Assembly (NCBI RefSeq): GCF_036321535.1 | Contig: NC_087437.1 | Span: forward strand, 42,596,001 to 42,660,000 | Reading direction: 5' to 3' | From: Camelus dromedarius | Lineage: Eukaryota | Length of the DNA stretch: 64,000 nt | Shown here: one piece after another, positions 12,960-24,924 of the stretch | Position numbering within the stretch: position 1 is the stretch's first letter | Layout: each line of letters opens with the position of its first letter | Made by a program: the position numbers and the translations under genes | Notes under the pieces: model-generated | The model's input: the letters and a program-made list of their open reading frames with translations, nothing else | Databases searched by the model: none | What the model was told of the DNA's origin: nothing

Positions 12960-13480
12960 CTGGTTGGTTGGCTACCTAACATGCATTCCCTCCTTCCCTC
13001 TTTTTTTCCCTTGGAGAATTCTCTCAATCCCTACCTACTCTAAAAGTGAGACCTAAGTGACTTAGGTCCTTCAATCCATGGCATTACCTTGACTTCAGTT
13101 TTGGTTCAGTCATAAGCATATAATGTAATCTGGGCCAATGAGAAAGAGTGAGTCCTGGGAACTGGGTGGAAGAGACATTCACTGTTTTTAGGACAGTGTA
13201 ATTTGAGATATGTATTGACATTTGAGCATTTTGCTATAATTCAAGATCCTAGCACTTCAGGGTATGGTACAGGTAGTGGAATACCACGTAGAAACTGAGA
13301 ATAAAGCTGACTGTAGAAAATAGGGCAGTGAATGTGCTGTTGGATCAAGCTACACTTAAAGGTAGTCCTGTCTGTGGATCTTTTAATTATACAAGCAATG
13401 TATTTCATGTCTTCCTCTTTAAAACATAAATTTCTGAAGGAAGTTTAAGCTGTGATTCCCACTACTTGGAACCAAAGATA
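12960..13480 (+). mobile_element. Old MaLR LTR (MLT1K-like)
   Basis: tggttcag...tctgggccaatgaga...tggatcaagcta...ttaagctg...acttggaaccaaaga motifs. Confidence 0.55.
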
Positions 13481-13619
13481 GAGGGCTTTAGCTAGTAGTG
13501 CAGTGTATCTACAAATACTATGGAATCCTTAAAATATTACAGTTGAGAGGTTAGACAGCCATAAATTCTTCAAGTTGACTCTCTAGGAAGAATACTTTCC
13601 TTATTTAAGGCACATAATT

Positions 13620-13946
13620 GTTTCTTGAGTGATAAAGAATGATAGGAGTGTCTTTGTTCTAATGAGGTGACTCTTGGCAGGCCCCTAGATAGCTTCCTTC
13701 AGGATAGGGGATGGTCTCAAGAAAGACCAAGTCTTGATTTGAAGCTTAGAACTGTTCCCCAAACTCGGGAGGGGAGAGGGGCTGGAGATTGGGTTAATCA
13801 CCAGTGGCCAGTGTTTACTCAATCATGTCTCCATAATGAAAGCTCCATGAAATCCCCCAGATGATGGGATTTGGAAAGCTTCTGGGGTAGTGAAGTACAG
13901 TGAGGTACGCAGAGTGGTGCACCCAGAGAGGGCACAGAAGCTCCAT

Positions 13947-13999
<53 letters not shown>

Positions 14000-14400
14000 T
14001 ACATGCATACACACACTACTTTACTTTGCCCTATGTATCTCTTCCAGTTGGCTGTTCTTGAGTTGTATCCTTTCTAATAAACCACTAATAGTAAGTAAAG
14101 CACTTTCCTGAGTTCTATGAGTCATCCTAGAAAATTGTAGAACCTGCATTGAGGGTCGTGCAAACCCCCAATTAATAGCTGGTTGATCAGAAGTACAGGA
14201 GGCCCAGGATTTGTGACTGGCATCTAAAGTGAAGGTCAGTCTTATAGAATTGAGCCCTTAATCTGTGGGGTTTATGCTAACTCTAGGTAGTTGGTACCGA
14301 AGTTGAATAGAATTGTTGAACTCTAGTTGGTAGCAGAGAATTGGAGAAGTAGTGGGGAAAACTCCTACGTATTTCGTGTCAGAAGTGTTGTGAGGAACAA
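13620..14400 (+). mobile_element. ERVL-class LTR, MER21-like
   Basis: ctaatgaggtgactcttggcaggcccctagatagcttc...gggctggagattgggttaatcacc...aataaaccactaatagtaagtaaagcactttcctgagttct; contains an expanded (CA)n. Confidence 0.8.
13948..14014. repeat. (CA)n microsatellite inside the LTR
   Basis: Read directly; source of the spurious CVCV/HTHT ORFs at 13815-14111. Confidence 0.95.
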
Positions 14401-15690
14401 AAAAATTCCCAGAATTGGGATCAGAAGTGGAATTTGCTAGAATGATCCTGAATGTTTGATACATGTGGTTCAGGAAGAGAAAGGATACAAGGATGGAAGG
14501 TGAGGAATCTTTGATTCCTGGGTGGCCACCCATGATATAAAACTGCAGCTGTGCTTTGATCAGTTACTAGGTAAAATGTAAAAGTTACCAATGGAAGAGA
14601 TGAATCCAACTTTTGGGAATTTGATTCATTGGATGCATAAAAATGCAAACTAACATGAAAAAACCCAAAATATGTAATCCCTTGGTTATTGTTACCTGTT
14701 ATAGCAAAAATGAAATTAAAACAGAGTGCTAGGTTGGACTTTGAAGCTGAACCAACTTCAGATTTAGAGCAGCTTTGGTCACTAGCCCACAGCCACCTTC
14801 AAAGGGGAAAATTATATGGGAACAACACAGAGTAGCTCTAAGACATTTGGTTACCAAGAAAATAGTCCGCATGGAGGTGGGCAAAACAGACTACTGAAGC
14901 CAAGGGGTATAGTGTGAAGGGGTTATTTTACTTTGTGGATAGATATCGTCAGCCTCCCGAAGACCCTTCACTCAAATGGATTGTGAGAGTAATTCAGGGG
15001 GCAGTTTTTTAAAATGCTGCAGTGTGGAAGGGCATGTTAGGGTTGATGCAGGGCCTACAGCTTATATGGAACAGTCAGAGCTGGCTACATGTGATCCAGT
15101 CACACAGCAGGGTAATTAAGGGAACAGCCAGCCTGATCAAAGGCTATTGCAAGGTTGGCTTCCCTTGAGAGGAGAGATTGTCTAATTCCTCCATAAATGA
15201 CAAGTGGAATACCCCACGTGAATGAGTGGATATGCTTTGTATGCAAGCCATGTGGTATAGGATTTATGATAGTTGAGATGTTCACCTACTGAATATGTGT
15301 GTTACCTAGGTCATGGTAAATGCCATGGCTAAGGGGATTCCATTGTAACCTTACTGCTGCAAAATATAACCTTAGTGCTACAAAGTAGAGCAACAACTGG
15401 GGAAGCCTTACCAAATTTTTTGTCTTAGCTTCCCCTCATGGGTCTTACAGAAGCTAATAAAACATTGGAATAAAGAAAGAAAGGAAAGAGTCAAGGGACT
15501 TATCCCAGCAGGGTAGACATTTTTTAATGGTTATTAACAAATGGGGTTATTAATAAAGCAACCGTTGATAGGAGTGGGAACAAAAGGAGGAAAGAGGGAA
15601 GGTCACGGGACTTGGATCAGAAGGGTGAGCAATTTTTGATGGGTATTAAGAAATGGGAGAAGTAGAATGGACAGTGATGATAGACAAAGA
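14401..15690 (+). mobile_element. ERVL-type internal sequence: PBS, leader and decayed gag-like remnant
   Basis: tRNA-Leu-type PBS-like tgggatcagaagtggaat at 14416-14433; RYRQPPEDPSLKWIVRV at 14941-14991 and SRVDIF*WLLTNG at 15507-15545 resemble ERVL gag motifs; many stops. Confidence 0.7.
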
Positions 15691-15699
15691 GAAAATATA

Positions 15700-16060
15700 A
15701 TAAGCAGCTTCAGTGGTATGGAAGATAAAATGAGCAGAAGTAAAAGATGTCCAGTTAAAATTCTTAAATGAAAGAATAGCAAGAAGTAAGGGACTGTAGT
15801 ATTTTTTTTAAATGATGACAATTTTTCAGAATTTATGAAAGACATGATTTCTTAGGTTATGGAGCATAATGACTTCCAAGTCGGGAAAATAGTTACCTTG
15901 GTGGGGGGTAGGGAGCAGTTTGGGATTTTTAAGAGGTCGACAGAGGATATCTGATCCTCAATAAACTTGATGTTTATTCTGTAATAATTAGTTAAGCTTT
16001 GCATTTGTTTTATGCATTTTTCTATATGTGTGATATTTCAGAATAAAAATATTTTAAAGA
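15700..16060 (+). mobile_element. Old L1 (L1M/HAL1-like) fragments
   Basis: ORF1-like gacaatttttcagaatttatgaaagac followed by an L1ME-type 3' end (atagttaccttggtgggg...ttttatgcatttttctatatgtgtgatatttcagaataaaa). Confidence 0.5.
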
Positions 16061-17262
16061 ACAAGTAAAAAGAAAACAATACAAACAGCTTGGATGGGGC
16101 TGTATTCTAGGTGTGAAATGCCGTGATTATCTGTGGACCACAAAGTCGTAAAGAAAAGCTCCTTCCTGAAAGGTGTAAGTTAACCAAGCCAAGTATTAAA
16201 GCAAAAATAAATAGGACCTGAATGCTAATTATGCTAAACTAAAGGGAAAAAAAGCTAGCACTACAAAATAGAAATTTCAAATTCTGCACAAAATCAACTT
16301 GTAGAATTTAAAGTTGAGGATGTAGAGACATTGTTCTATGATTGAAGGCTGAATCTTTAGGGACTTCAATGCTCAGCTGCATGATTTATTAGATGGCAGT
16401 GCCTAATGATTAGCTATAATATTATAGAGTGGCTAGATTAGACAGCCTAAGTAAATGTTTCAGGAAAAAATGTCTTAACGTGAGTAAGTATTTACTTCAC
16501 TACTCCCTTACCTGCTAAAATGAGCTCTCTTTGTCTTTAAATGGTTATGGAGCTTTTTTATGTATACTGAGGTAACTGGTGATGGATAAGAACTGGAGAA
16601 ATTGATAAGGCTACCAAGACTGACACTGGAAAGGGATTAATCTATCTATTTATGAGGGAAAAAATTTGGGGAGTGTGTTTGGAGAGCAGAAGGAAAGTGG
16701 CCATTTAGTGTGCATGTGTGTGCATGTGCATTACAAGGTTTTGCTGAGCAAAATGGATAAAATACCTCTGATATCTGTTTTCTGCCATGTATCTCATTCC
16801 AACCACACCACCTTTCCCCAACCCATTGGTTTTTCTTGAGAGGCTATAGTAAAAGCATGTTACTTTTATTTATTTTTGGATTACTGACTGGTATTTCTTT
16901 AAATGGGGCATTGTCTATCCTCAGATCCCGTGAGAAAACATATTAAGTAGGATGCATTACACCTTCCAGGGATGTCTGGGAGAAATGCAGTTATAGAGGG
17001 TAAGAGACAGTAGATGATGGAGACCAGAGGCAAACAGTGCTGTAACTTGCTACTGCAAAAGCACAAGTGAACTGCCTGTTGAGGAGTGTTTACTTTCATT
17101 AGCTAGCACAGCTCCACACTTCCCATGAAGACCAACATTTTAATGTTTTAAGAACAGAGACTGTAACCCCATTTCTTTACTTTTGGAATGATTCTCTGTT
17201 TCTAACAAGTTCTGTGGTACAGATAGGAGATGATTTATCATCCTTATAACTGACCTAGCTGG

Positions 17263-17330
17263 ACACTTTCATAATAATAGTGAGAATGTAGGCTCTACAC
17301 TTTCATAGTAATAGTGAGAATGTAGGCTCT
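17263..17330. repeat. 34-bp tandem duplication with one mismatch
   Basis: acactttcataataatagtgagaatgtaggctct followed by acactttcatagtaatagtgagaatgtaggctct. Confidence 0.95.
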
Positions 17331-19094
17331 TTAATTCTATAAACTTTTCCAATTGATAAAGTCAGTTAGAAAGAGGAAGATAGTCTAATCTTGGAAACTC
17401 TTGCTCGTGATAAAATTATAATATTTTAAAGAAGAAAGAATAAAAAGAGGGATTTTCACTTCAGTTTTTAGAGAGCATAGGAATGTATTATCCTTACTGG
17501 TAAATGATGACTGAACAAGAACAAGGTTATAAATTTCAGTGAAAAGCAATTTTAAAGGTCTATTTTAAAACAATATATTATTCCTCTGAACATACATATT
17601 TACTCTTGGGAGTTAAATTGCATTGGAAAGACAAAATATGACTATCCATCTAAGTGTTAAAGTAATTGATATCTGATCCAGAAAACTTTTCTATTAAACA
17701 TTACTAAGCACAGATCCATTACTGAATATTTATTTATTTAGTGAATAAATCTTGATATTTTCATCAAGAGGAGACAGGATATGCTTATTGTATTACTTTA
17801 TTATTATTAAAATACAACCATGCAAGAATAAGAACTATACAGAATTGCATTATTTCATTGGAATATATGAATAAAAATCTCAAGCAAAATCTTTATAAAT
17901 GAAAACATCATAATTCTGGAGCTGGTGAATTATTATTTGTTTTATATACCCTGACTACTCTGCATGAATCAAACTGGATTTTTCCTTAAATAAGAAAAAT
18001 GGATAGCTATACTGCTAAAAATTCAGAAAAATTTTTTCTCCATGAAACATAATGCAATATAGCTCTATTATAATATGGCTTTAAGATTTTGGTGGGTCTT
18101 ACCACATCCCCAAAATAGCAAAGAATGCACAGTAAATTCCTGAGGATATATAAGCCTGGTTGTCTCACGATTTGATTTGAAATTTTAACCCTCCCTTATC
18201 AGTCTTGTAGAAGTTATAGGGGCAGTATGGTCCTAGTGCCTGCCACTGAGGGTGAAGTGGGTTTTTCTCATAATAAATCATTGAATTTATTTGGTCCATT
18301 TAATACATTTATAATATTTAGACCTACATGCATTTCAAAATGAATTTATTTTTACAGTTTTTTTCCCTTTGCATCTGTTTTTCCTGTGGAAATCCCTGAC
18401 AAGGACGAACATGAATTAGGGGCTACCTAGGAAGAATATGCTGCCTGGGGCATCTCTGTTGTGAACATTCTTCCTGCTCGTCACCACCACCTCTGCCAGC
18501 TATTGCTGGGCTCACGGCATTGTCACGTGACCAAGGAGTAATGAACTCAATACTCTCAAGGCTTGATGAAGGTGACCTGGATTTGGGCAGAGTTTCTGAG
18601 CTGGAGGTTTGTCTGCCAACCTCTGCTGGAAGAATTAAATGTGTTAGTCTCCAAGTTTTAATGATAATACCTACTTATCCAGCAGAACTTTGATAGGTAG
18701 ACTTTCCATCCAACATCTTCAAGGTACAGATCTTATGACTTTCATCTGTTGATTGTTTGTTTAGATGATTTCTGTAATTCTTACTTACGGCCTTAATTTC
18801 TCTTGCTTCAATGAAGACTACACAATTGTGTTCTGTCTCCCATGGGACATCAGCATCTCTTGTGAAACAGTGCCCCCTTTCTGTGAGTGGGTACAAACAC
18901 ATATGAGACCATCCACCTGTAGTTGTCCAAGGAAGGATGAGATGGTAGAAGAGAAGGTACACAGACTCTGTTTCTGAGGATGAATTGTACTGCATATGGA
19001 GGAGTGTTTACCCATCCTCCACTGAATTCTCATGAATTTATTGTGTACATTGTAGATGGAGTAGGACACTGCCTACTTGTTAGGATGTAAGGCA

Positions 19095-19476
19095 GTGTAT
19101 TAGAGTAAAGCTACTTGATTTAACAAAGAAATCCCAAATCTCAGATCTAAAATAAGAGAATTTTGGTTTTTTGTTCATATTGGTATTCAGTGGGTTGCCT
19201 TCCACATGGTCATTTAGGGATCCAAGCTTCTTTTGTCTTGTAGCTTCTTTAGTTCCATGGTCCTACCCACTCAGTCATTGGCTAGGGAGAGTTCTTCATG
19301 GTAGAGGTTTATGGGCTAGGCCTGGGAATGGCATATGTTATTTCTGTCCACATCTCATTGGCCATTACTGAGTCATGAGCTTCATCTAACTGTAAAGGAA
19401 GCTGGCAGTGTATTCTAATTACATGCACTGGGGGAAAAGAAAATAGTTTGGTAAACAATTAGCTAGTCTTTGCCAC
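19095..19476 (-). mobile_element. Old MaLR LTR (MLT1J/K-like)
   Basis: aacaaagaaatcccaaatctcag...ttctgtccacatctcattggcca...ctaactgtaaaggaagctgg. Confidence 0.65.
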
Positions 19477-19624
19477 TTTCAGAGGCTTTCTTGTACCCCC
19501 AAACTGTTTCCTCCTCCATCATTCTTTTAATTAGAATAAGCCTTCCATTCCACAATTAGAGCTTAGGTTTTAATTGAAATATTCTCTATAAGAGAGGAAA
19601 TACATAATCCAGTTTCCATCCTGA

Positions 19625-19738
19625 AATACAAATTACTAAGGTCATATTCTTTCTTAGAAGCAGGTATATTCTAGCACTACCTAGTATAGTGCCTGGAATA
19701 TATGTGGTCAATAAATAATCGATGAACAGATGAATAGA
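19625..19738 (+). mobile_element. L2 3' tail
   Basis: cctagtatagtgcctggaatatatgtggtcaataaat...gatgaata. Confidence 0.65.
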
Positions 19739-21731
19739 CTATCCATCTCCATTGTACATTCTCTTCTTGACCTGAGGATCTTGGATTCTGGAGCGTGGAG
19801 AAAGGAGAGGAGAAATGGCAGAATAACAGCAAGTTGGAGAGAGGGTTAAAACCACTTCCAGTCTCCAGTGGAGCAGAGGGGATTTCTAGAGTAAGATCCA
19901 GAAGGTGATTGGATTCACAAGCCAGCACTCTGGCAGGGAGGGACTCCCAGAGAGTGGCTCTAGTTTGGGTCAGCTTGTATGGTTGGGGTGGTTCTTACAC
20001 ATTTAAGAAGAATCTACAGCCAAGAGGAAGCATGGGGAACTCTTGCGGGTCCCCTTGGGTCCCCTCATGTGTTAGATAAAGGAGCCCATCAGATTCTGCT
20101 CAGCCTGACAGAGCTGTCTCAAGCGGCACTAACCATGGGATCAGTGGGTATGCTTGAGCTCTGAAAGTTGAAACAAGGCAAGGGGGAGAAGAAAATCCTG
20201 TGTGGAAAGGGGTAAAAAGCTGGTGAATTTGATTAGATAGTAACTGAAGGCAGACTAAATTTTAGAAATGACTGGATGGGATTGAGTCAAATCCTCTGGG
20301 GTGGAATAGAATATATTTTGGGCTCTGGGCAGACCAAAGTTGAATATGGGTAGGTTAAAAAAAGTCTCATGTTTGCACACATTCCTTGTGTGATTGTCCA
20401 GGCACCCTGTGCATGACTGTTTGTTGAAATAAATAAGTCAATAAATTTTTGGCAGCCTAGAAGCTTCTTAAATTCTATCTACAAGGCAGGTAAAAGAAGA
20501 ATCTTAGGTTTGGGGTCATGCCAACGAAACAAGGTCACTCTTCTAGGCCTTATCTCTCCTCGTGTGACTTACATTCTAGCTACTTTTGTCTACTGATGCC
20601 CGCCCTAATCACCAGTCTGTATGTCCTGTGAGAAATATCCTGAAGCTAAAGACCACATTTGACTTGCCCCCTTCCTCACCTTGGAATTGCCTGGGGGGAA
20701 AGGAAACCATACCACTAAGATTTGCACATACAGTTAATAACAGTAGTTTCACCATCATTCCAGCAGTGGCTTTGGAAAGAGACCCTTTAATCATTTGCAA
20801 CAGAGGCAAATAATGTCATCAATGCAATGGCCTGTTAGCGCAAAGTACCCATTCTACAGAGCAAAGAACCTAACCAGTCCTACTGAAATGTGAAATTCTA
20901 GATTGCCTTCTCTACCTCCCGTTCTCCTTCAGAAGCTGTGTCTTTCCTCTCTCCCTTTTCATGTAACATTGTCACACTCCAGTAATTCTTAAATAACAGA
21001 AACAATTATTAGTAACTTATAATTATCTTCTCTTCCAACGTATAAGATCCTTTAGCATGAATCATCTTGCCAATGGATCATAACTCATCTTGATGACAGG
21101 TTTGATGGAGTTACATGAGACACGAATCTGACTCGTTACTGTTATTATTGTTTTTAAACCCTCACTGGAAACAGTGCTTCCTAAGTATTGATTAATCTTC
21201 ACGACTTCTCTGTGAAGTAGGTTAAATATAACTAAACTTGATTCTACCAGTAGAGGAATTGGGAAACTGGTGATCTCCTCAATGAATCTCTTCATTACCA
21301 ATGTATCTGACAGTAGATAAGGAAAGAGCTGAATCTGATTAATTTTCCATGACACTAGATAGACATAATTTTTGTGTGCTGTTATGCCACTCCCCCCCAA
21401 AAAAATCCTGAAGATAAGCATGATAAAATGATAAGTGATCTGTAACAATTAGCAAAAAAAATCTGAGTTGGGAAACATTTTTATCTACTTCCTTACAAAA
21501 TGCTCCAACTAAGTAAATTAGCCTCAGTGGTCATCACAGGATGCATGTGCTTTCTTCTCTTCACTTTTTCTGCCTTCAGATTTTCATTGTTTCTTAGGGA
21601 TTCACTATTCAGTCATCACTTGATTATCTTTAATATCTTTGCTTTGAAGAGCTTGAGGCATTGTGGAAAAAATAAAGACTCTATAGGACTTAAATTTAAT
21701 ACTTCTGTCACATCTCTGCTTCTATCAGAAG

Positions 21732-21965
21732 GAAATAGTGTAGCTCGATGCAAGGACATGGGTTCAAATTCAAGACTTGCTGCCACTGATTTGTTGATTT
21801 CCTGTGTATCTTTGGAAAAGCTGTTTATTTTCTCTGGTTGCTATTTTCTTGCTTCTAAATGAGAATCATCTTACTCACTTCAAAAGTTATGGGAGTAACA
21901 GGAGATATAATAAATGTCGATTGCCTGGCATCTTAAAAGTTATCACTAATGGAATGTATTATTAA
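21732..21965 (+). mobile_element. MIR SINE
   Basis: gggttcaaatt...tgtgtatctttggaaaagctg...ttctaaatgagaat...tgcctggca. Confidence 0.6.
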
Positions 21966-22727
21966 TCATACAATTCAGTGATCTGGCCCCAAAACCCTGA
22001 CAAAAGAAATGAAGGGGTCTTAATAGGAGGATGTGGTAATAAGCATGTGCATTTCGAGATTTTGCTTAACATGGTAGTCATTGTTGATTGGCTCTTAAGT
22101 TAGTATAAGGAAATCCTTGTCTCAGAATAACCATTGTATTATAGTAGTAGATATAGTAGATAGTAAAAAGTATTCTGGAATGAATGAAAAAAAGCAAGTG
22201 GCTTCCAAAGACAGAAAGAGGGAAAAAGGACGATACCAGTGTTGTGTTCTCTATGTACACTTGGCTATCCAGATCCCATTTGGATACCAGGGCCCCAAGA
22301 ACATAAAAGAAGAGGGAGGTTTAAGGTGTGAGATAGATGGAAGAAGGAAAGTAGAAAGAGCAGGCACTGGAGGGAAAAGAAATCCATCTTCAGGAAACTG
22401 CTATAGTCACCTAGTTTACTGATGAAGGATATGGGGAAAGGTGACATTTTACCACAGGTTATTCCTTCATGTTTTATAATCTTAGAATTTCTAGGTTTTT
22501 TTTACCTCTCCTCTTAAAAAAAGAAACACGATGGCACAAGGAATATTGTGCTAGACCTGTAGGGCTTGCCCTATAGAAAACCTTAAAATAACTTCCCAGT
22601 TCGACTCATCAGATTAAAACAGTGTATCCCTGAAACTGAAATAATAGACAAAACCTCCAGAAATGGCCTATATTGGTTTTTATGGAAATGGAGTGTCAGC
22701 TGATACCTTGAAGGCATTGAGTCTTAC

Positions 22728-22875
22728 CTGTGTAGATATAGTCCACATATGCAGGATGAGTTTTTGTGAAAACCTCTTTTACTTTTTCTATTTTATCAGC
22801 TCTGATTTTTGTTGCAAATGGTGTGTACATAACCGAGAAAGATTCCGTTCTGGTGATGGCTTCTTCAATCATGGC
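22728..22875 (-). CDS. SPATA16: SPATA16 internal coding exon (about exon 6), AMIEEAITRTESFSVMYTPFATKIRADKIEKVKEVFTKTHPAYVDYIYT
   Basis: Minus strand ...ttgtttgcttcctctcag|GCCATGATT...TACACAG|gtaaga; 148 nt, phase 0 to phase 1; lies within ORF 22696..22914. Confidence 0.97.
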
Positions 22876-24512
22876 CTGAGAGGAAGCAAACAACCAATTT
22901 GGCATCAATAACAATACATGACTTTTTAAGAATGTAAAAAAATATAATTACCTTTATGGATGACTTAAAAATCTATATACTGCACTGCAAAGATAACATA
23001 TTTTGGTCTTGACTATTCATTAGAATAAAATTTTAATTAGTTCTGGAAATCCTATTTCATATTAAGAAAACCAATTAAAGGAGGAAAAGTTTGTAAGCAG
23101 ACACCTCTAAACTGAGCTTGCTTGAAGGTAAAAATAAAAATTCTATTTCCTGAGTTGTCATTTTTAACTTGATTTTAAAATTCGAATTCTTAAGTCTAAC
23201 ATAATTACCTTATGAACAAACACTGTAGAGCAATTTGTACTTTAAAAAACTAGTTGAAATATCTAGATTGTAAGTATTATCTATAAATAACATGGCTAAC
23301 TAGACAAACTATATATTTTCTTTCTTCCAATACCTGGCAAAGCCTTTAGGTATTAAAAAAAAAAATTGTTTCTCAACTTCCTCCCAGCAAAACTTCCTTT
23401 TCCTCCAGATCACAAGAGCCATTTGGGATGAATTCAGCTATTTAAGAATTTCTTTAAATTTTCTTTGCTCATCTACAGTATCTTACTTGATAAAGCCTGC
23501 TGTCACTCTGAGCTTCCTGTTTTAACTTGGTCCATTAGTATTTGAAACAGACCAAAAGGAAATTTATGTGAAATTTTAAAAGGAATTTATTCCTTTCTAC
23601 AACGTTTCCTTCTAACGAGGGTTGAACATTGGATAAAAAGTGGAAGTGTCTACTATCTATAGTCATCTCATTTTTCTGAAAATAGCATATTATAAAAATC
23701 CATATTTATTTATAGGAATACATTTTTTCACAGACAACTGAGTGCCAATAACCAATAAGAAAAAATAATAGATTTGAACTTTCCAACAAAGAAAAACATC
23801 ATTTAACACACAGCAATTTATATTATTACTGGCAAGGTATTTTGGAAAGAAGTTTTAAACTAATATTAAAAGCCGTAAGGAGTTGATTTTAAACTGGAAG
23901 GCTGATTTAACTTGTTGATTACTTACTTCATTCCTCAGTGACTTTGATGGCTCATGATCCATTTTCTAATTTCTAATTTAAACTTGTTGAGGGACAAATT
24001 TCTGATGGCTGAGGGAAAGAACTTACACTGCCCACAACAGTGTCCTTTGCAGGTGTGAGGAACCAGAGGGGGAACAAAGCGTACAATTTTGACACCAAAG
24101 TCAGAGCCAGCACTTAGCTAGAGGTAGTGATGGGTTATGCAGCGATGGTTGTGAGTGTGCAGCTGGGCTTGATGCTGAGTGCCGGGTGCTATTTGGAAGG
24201 ATGAACAAGGACGATGCATGCAGCAGGTCTGGCATTCAGAGATGTGAATTAAGAACTTAAGCTATTTAGGTACCAGGTTCCAGTCTTCCAGCAAAAATAA
24301 AGATCCTTTATATGACATGGAATATTTTTTCCAGCTTGGTGCTTACATATGTTCATTGCTGGAACGAATTCTGGGATGGCCTGTCCAGACCAAAAGAGTA
24401 AATAGTCATACCTGGATGTGTGTTGAGTGAGGGACCGAAGAAGGAAGCTGCTCTGGACCTTGGTTCTAAGGTCACAATCTTACTTTACTGCCTTTTGTAA
24501 GCTGTTAGTTCT

Positions 24513-24869
24513 TGTATTAGTTTGCTAGGGTTGCCATATGAAAGTATCACAGACTGAGTGGCTTAAATAACAGGAATTAATTTTCTCATAGTTCCAGAGG
24601 TATCTGCAGGGTTGATTTCTTCTTAGACCTCTCTCTTTAGCTTGTAGATCTCCTGTGTCTTTGCAAGGTGTTTCCTCTGTGTGTGTCTGTATTCTACTCT
24701 CCTCTTATAAGGATACCAGTCATATTGGATTGAGTCTCACTTAAAGACCTCAATTTTACCTTAATTACCTCTTTAAAAACTCTATTTGCAAATACAATCA
24801 CAATCTGCATCTTGGGATTAGGACTTCAGCCTATAAATTTTTTAGGGGAACATGATTCAACCCATAATA
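24513..24869 (-). mobile_element. MaLR solo LTR (MLT1A/B/C-like)
   Basis: tgtattagtttgctagggttgcc...gagtggcttaaataacagga...ttataaggataccagtcatattggatt...attcaacccataata. Confidence 0.85.
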
Positions 24870-24892
24870 CTTCCTAACACTCAAATAGGGGG

Positions 24893-24924
24893 CAGGTGGG
24901 TCATATCTCAGGTGGGTCATATTT
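24893..24924. repeat. 16-bp tandem duplication
   Basis: caggtgggtcatatct caggtgggtcatattt. Confidence 0.85.

Noticed and set aside
13815..14111. CVCVCV / HTHTHT ORFs
   Set aside because: Translation of the (CA)n microsatellite
18400..19080. Overlapping ORFs of 70-106 aa suggesting a processed pseudogene or extra exon
   Set aside because: No protein family recognised in the frames I read, no poly-A/TSD, and the putative acceptor near 19072 is weak and gives an early stop in the phase required by the upstream exon
19930..20400. Possible ancient LTR (Gypsy/ERVL-like)
   Set aside because: Too diverged to assign ends or family by eye
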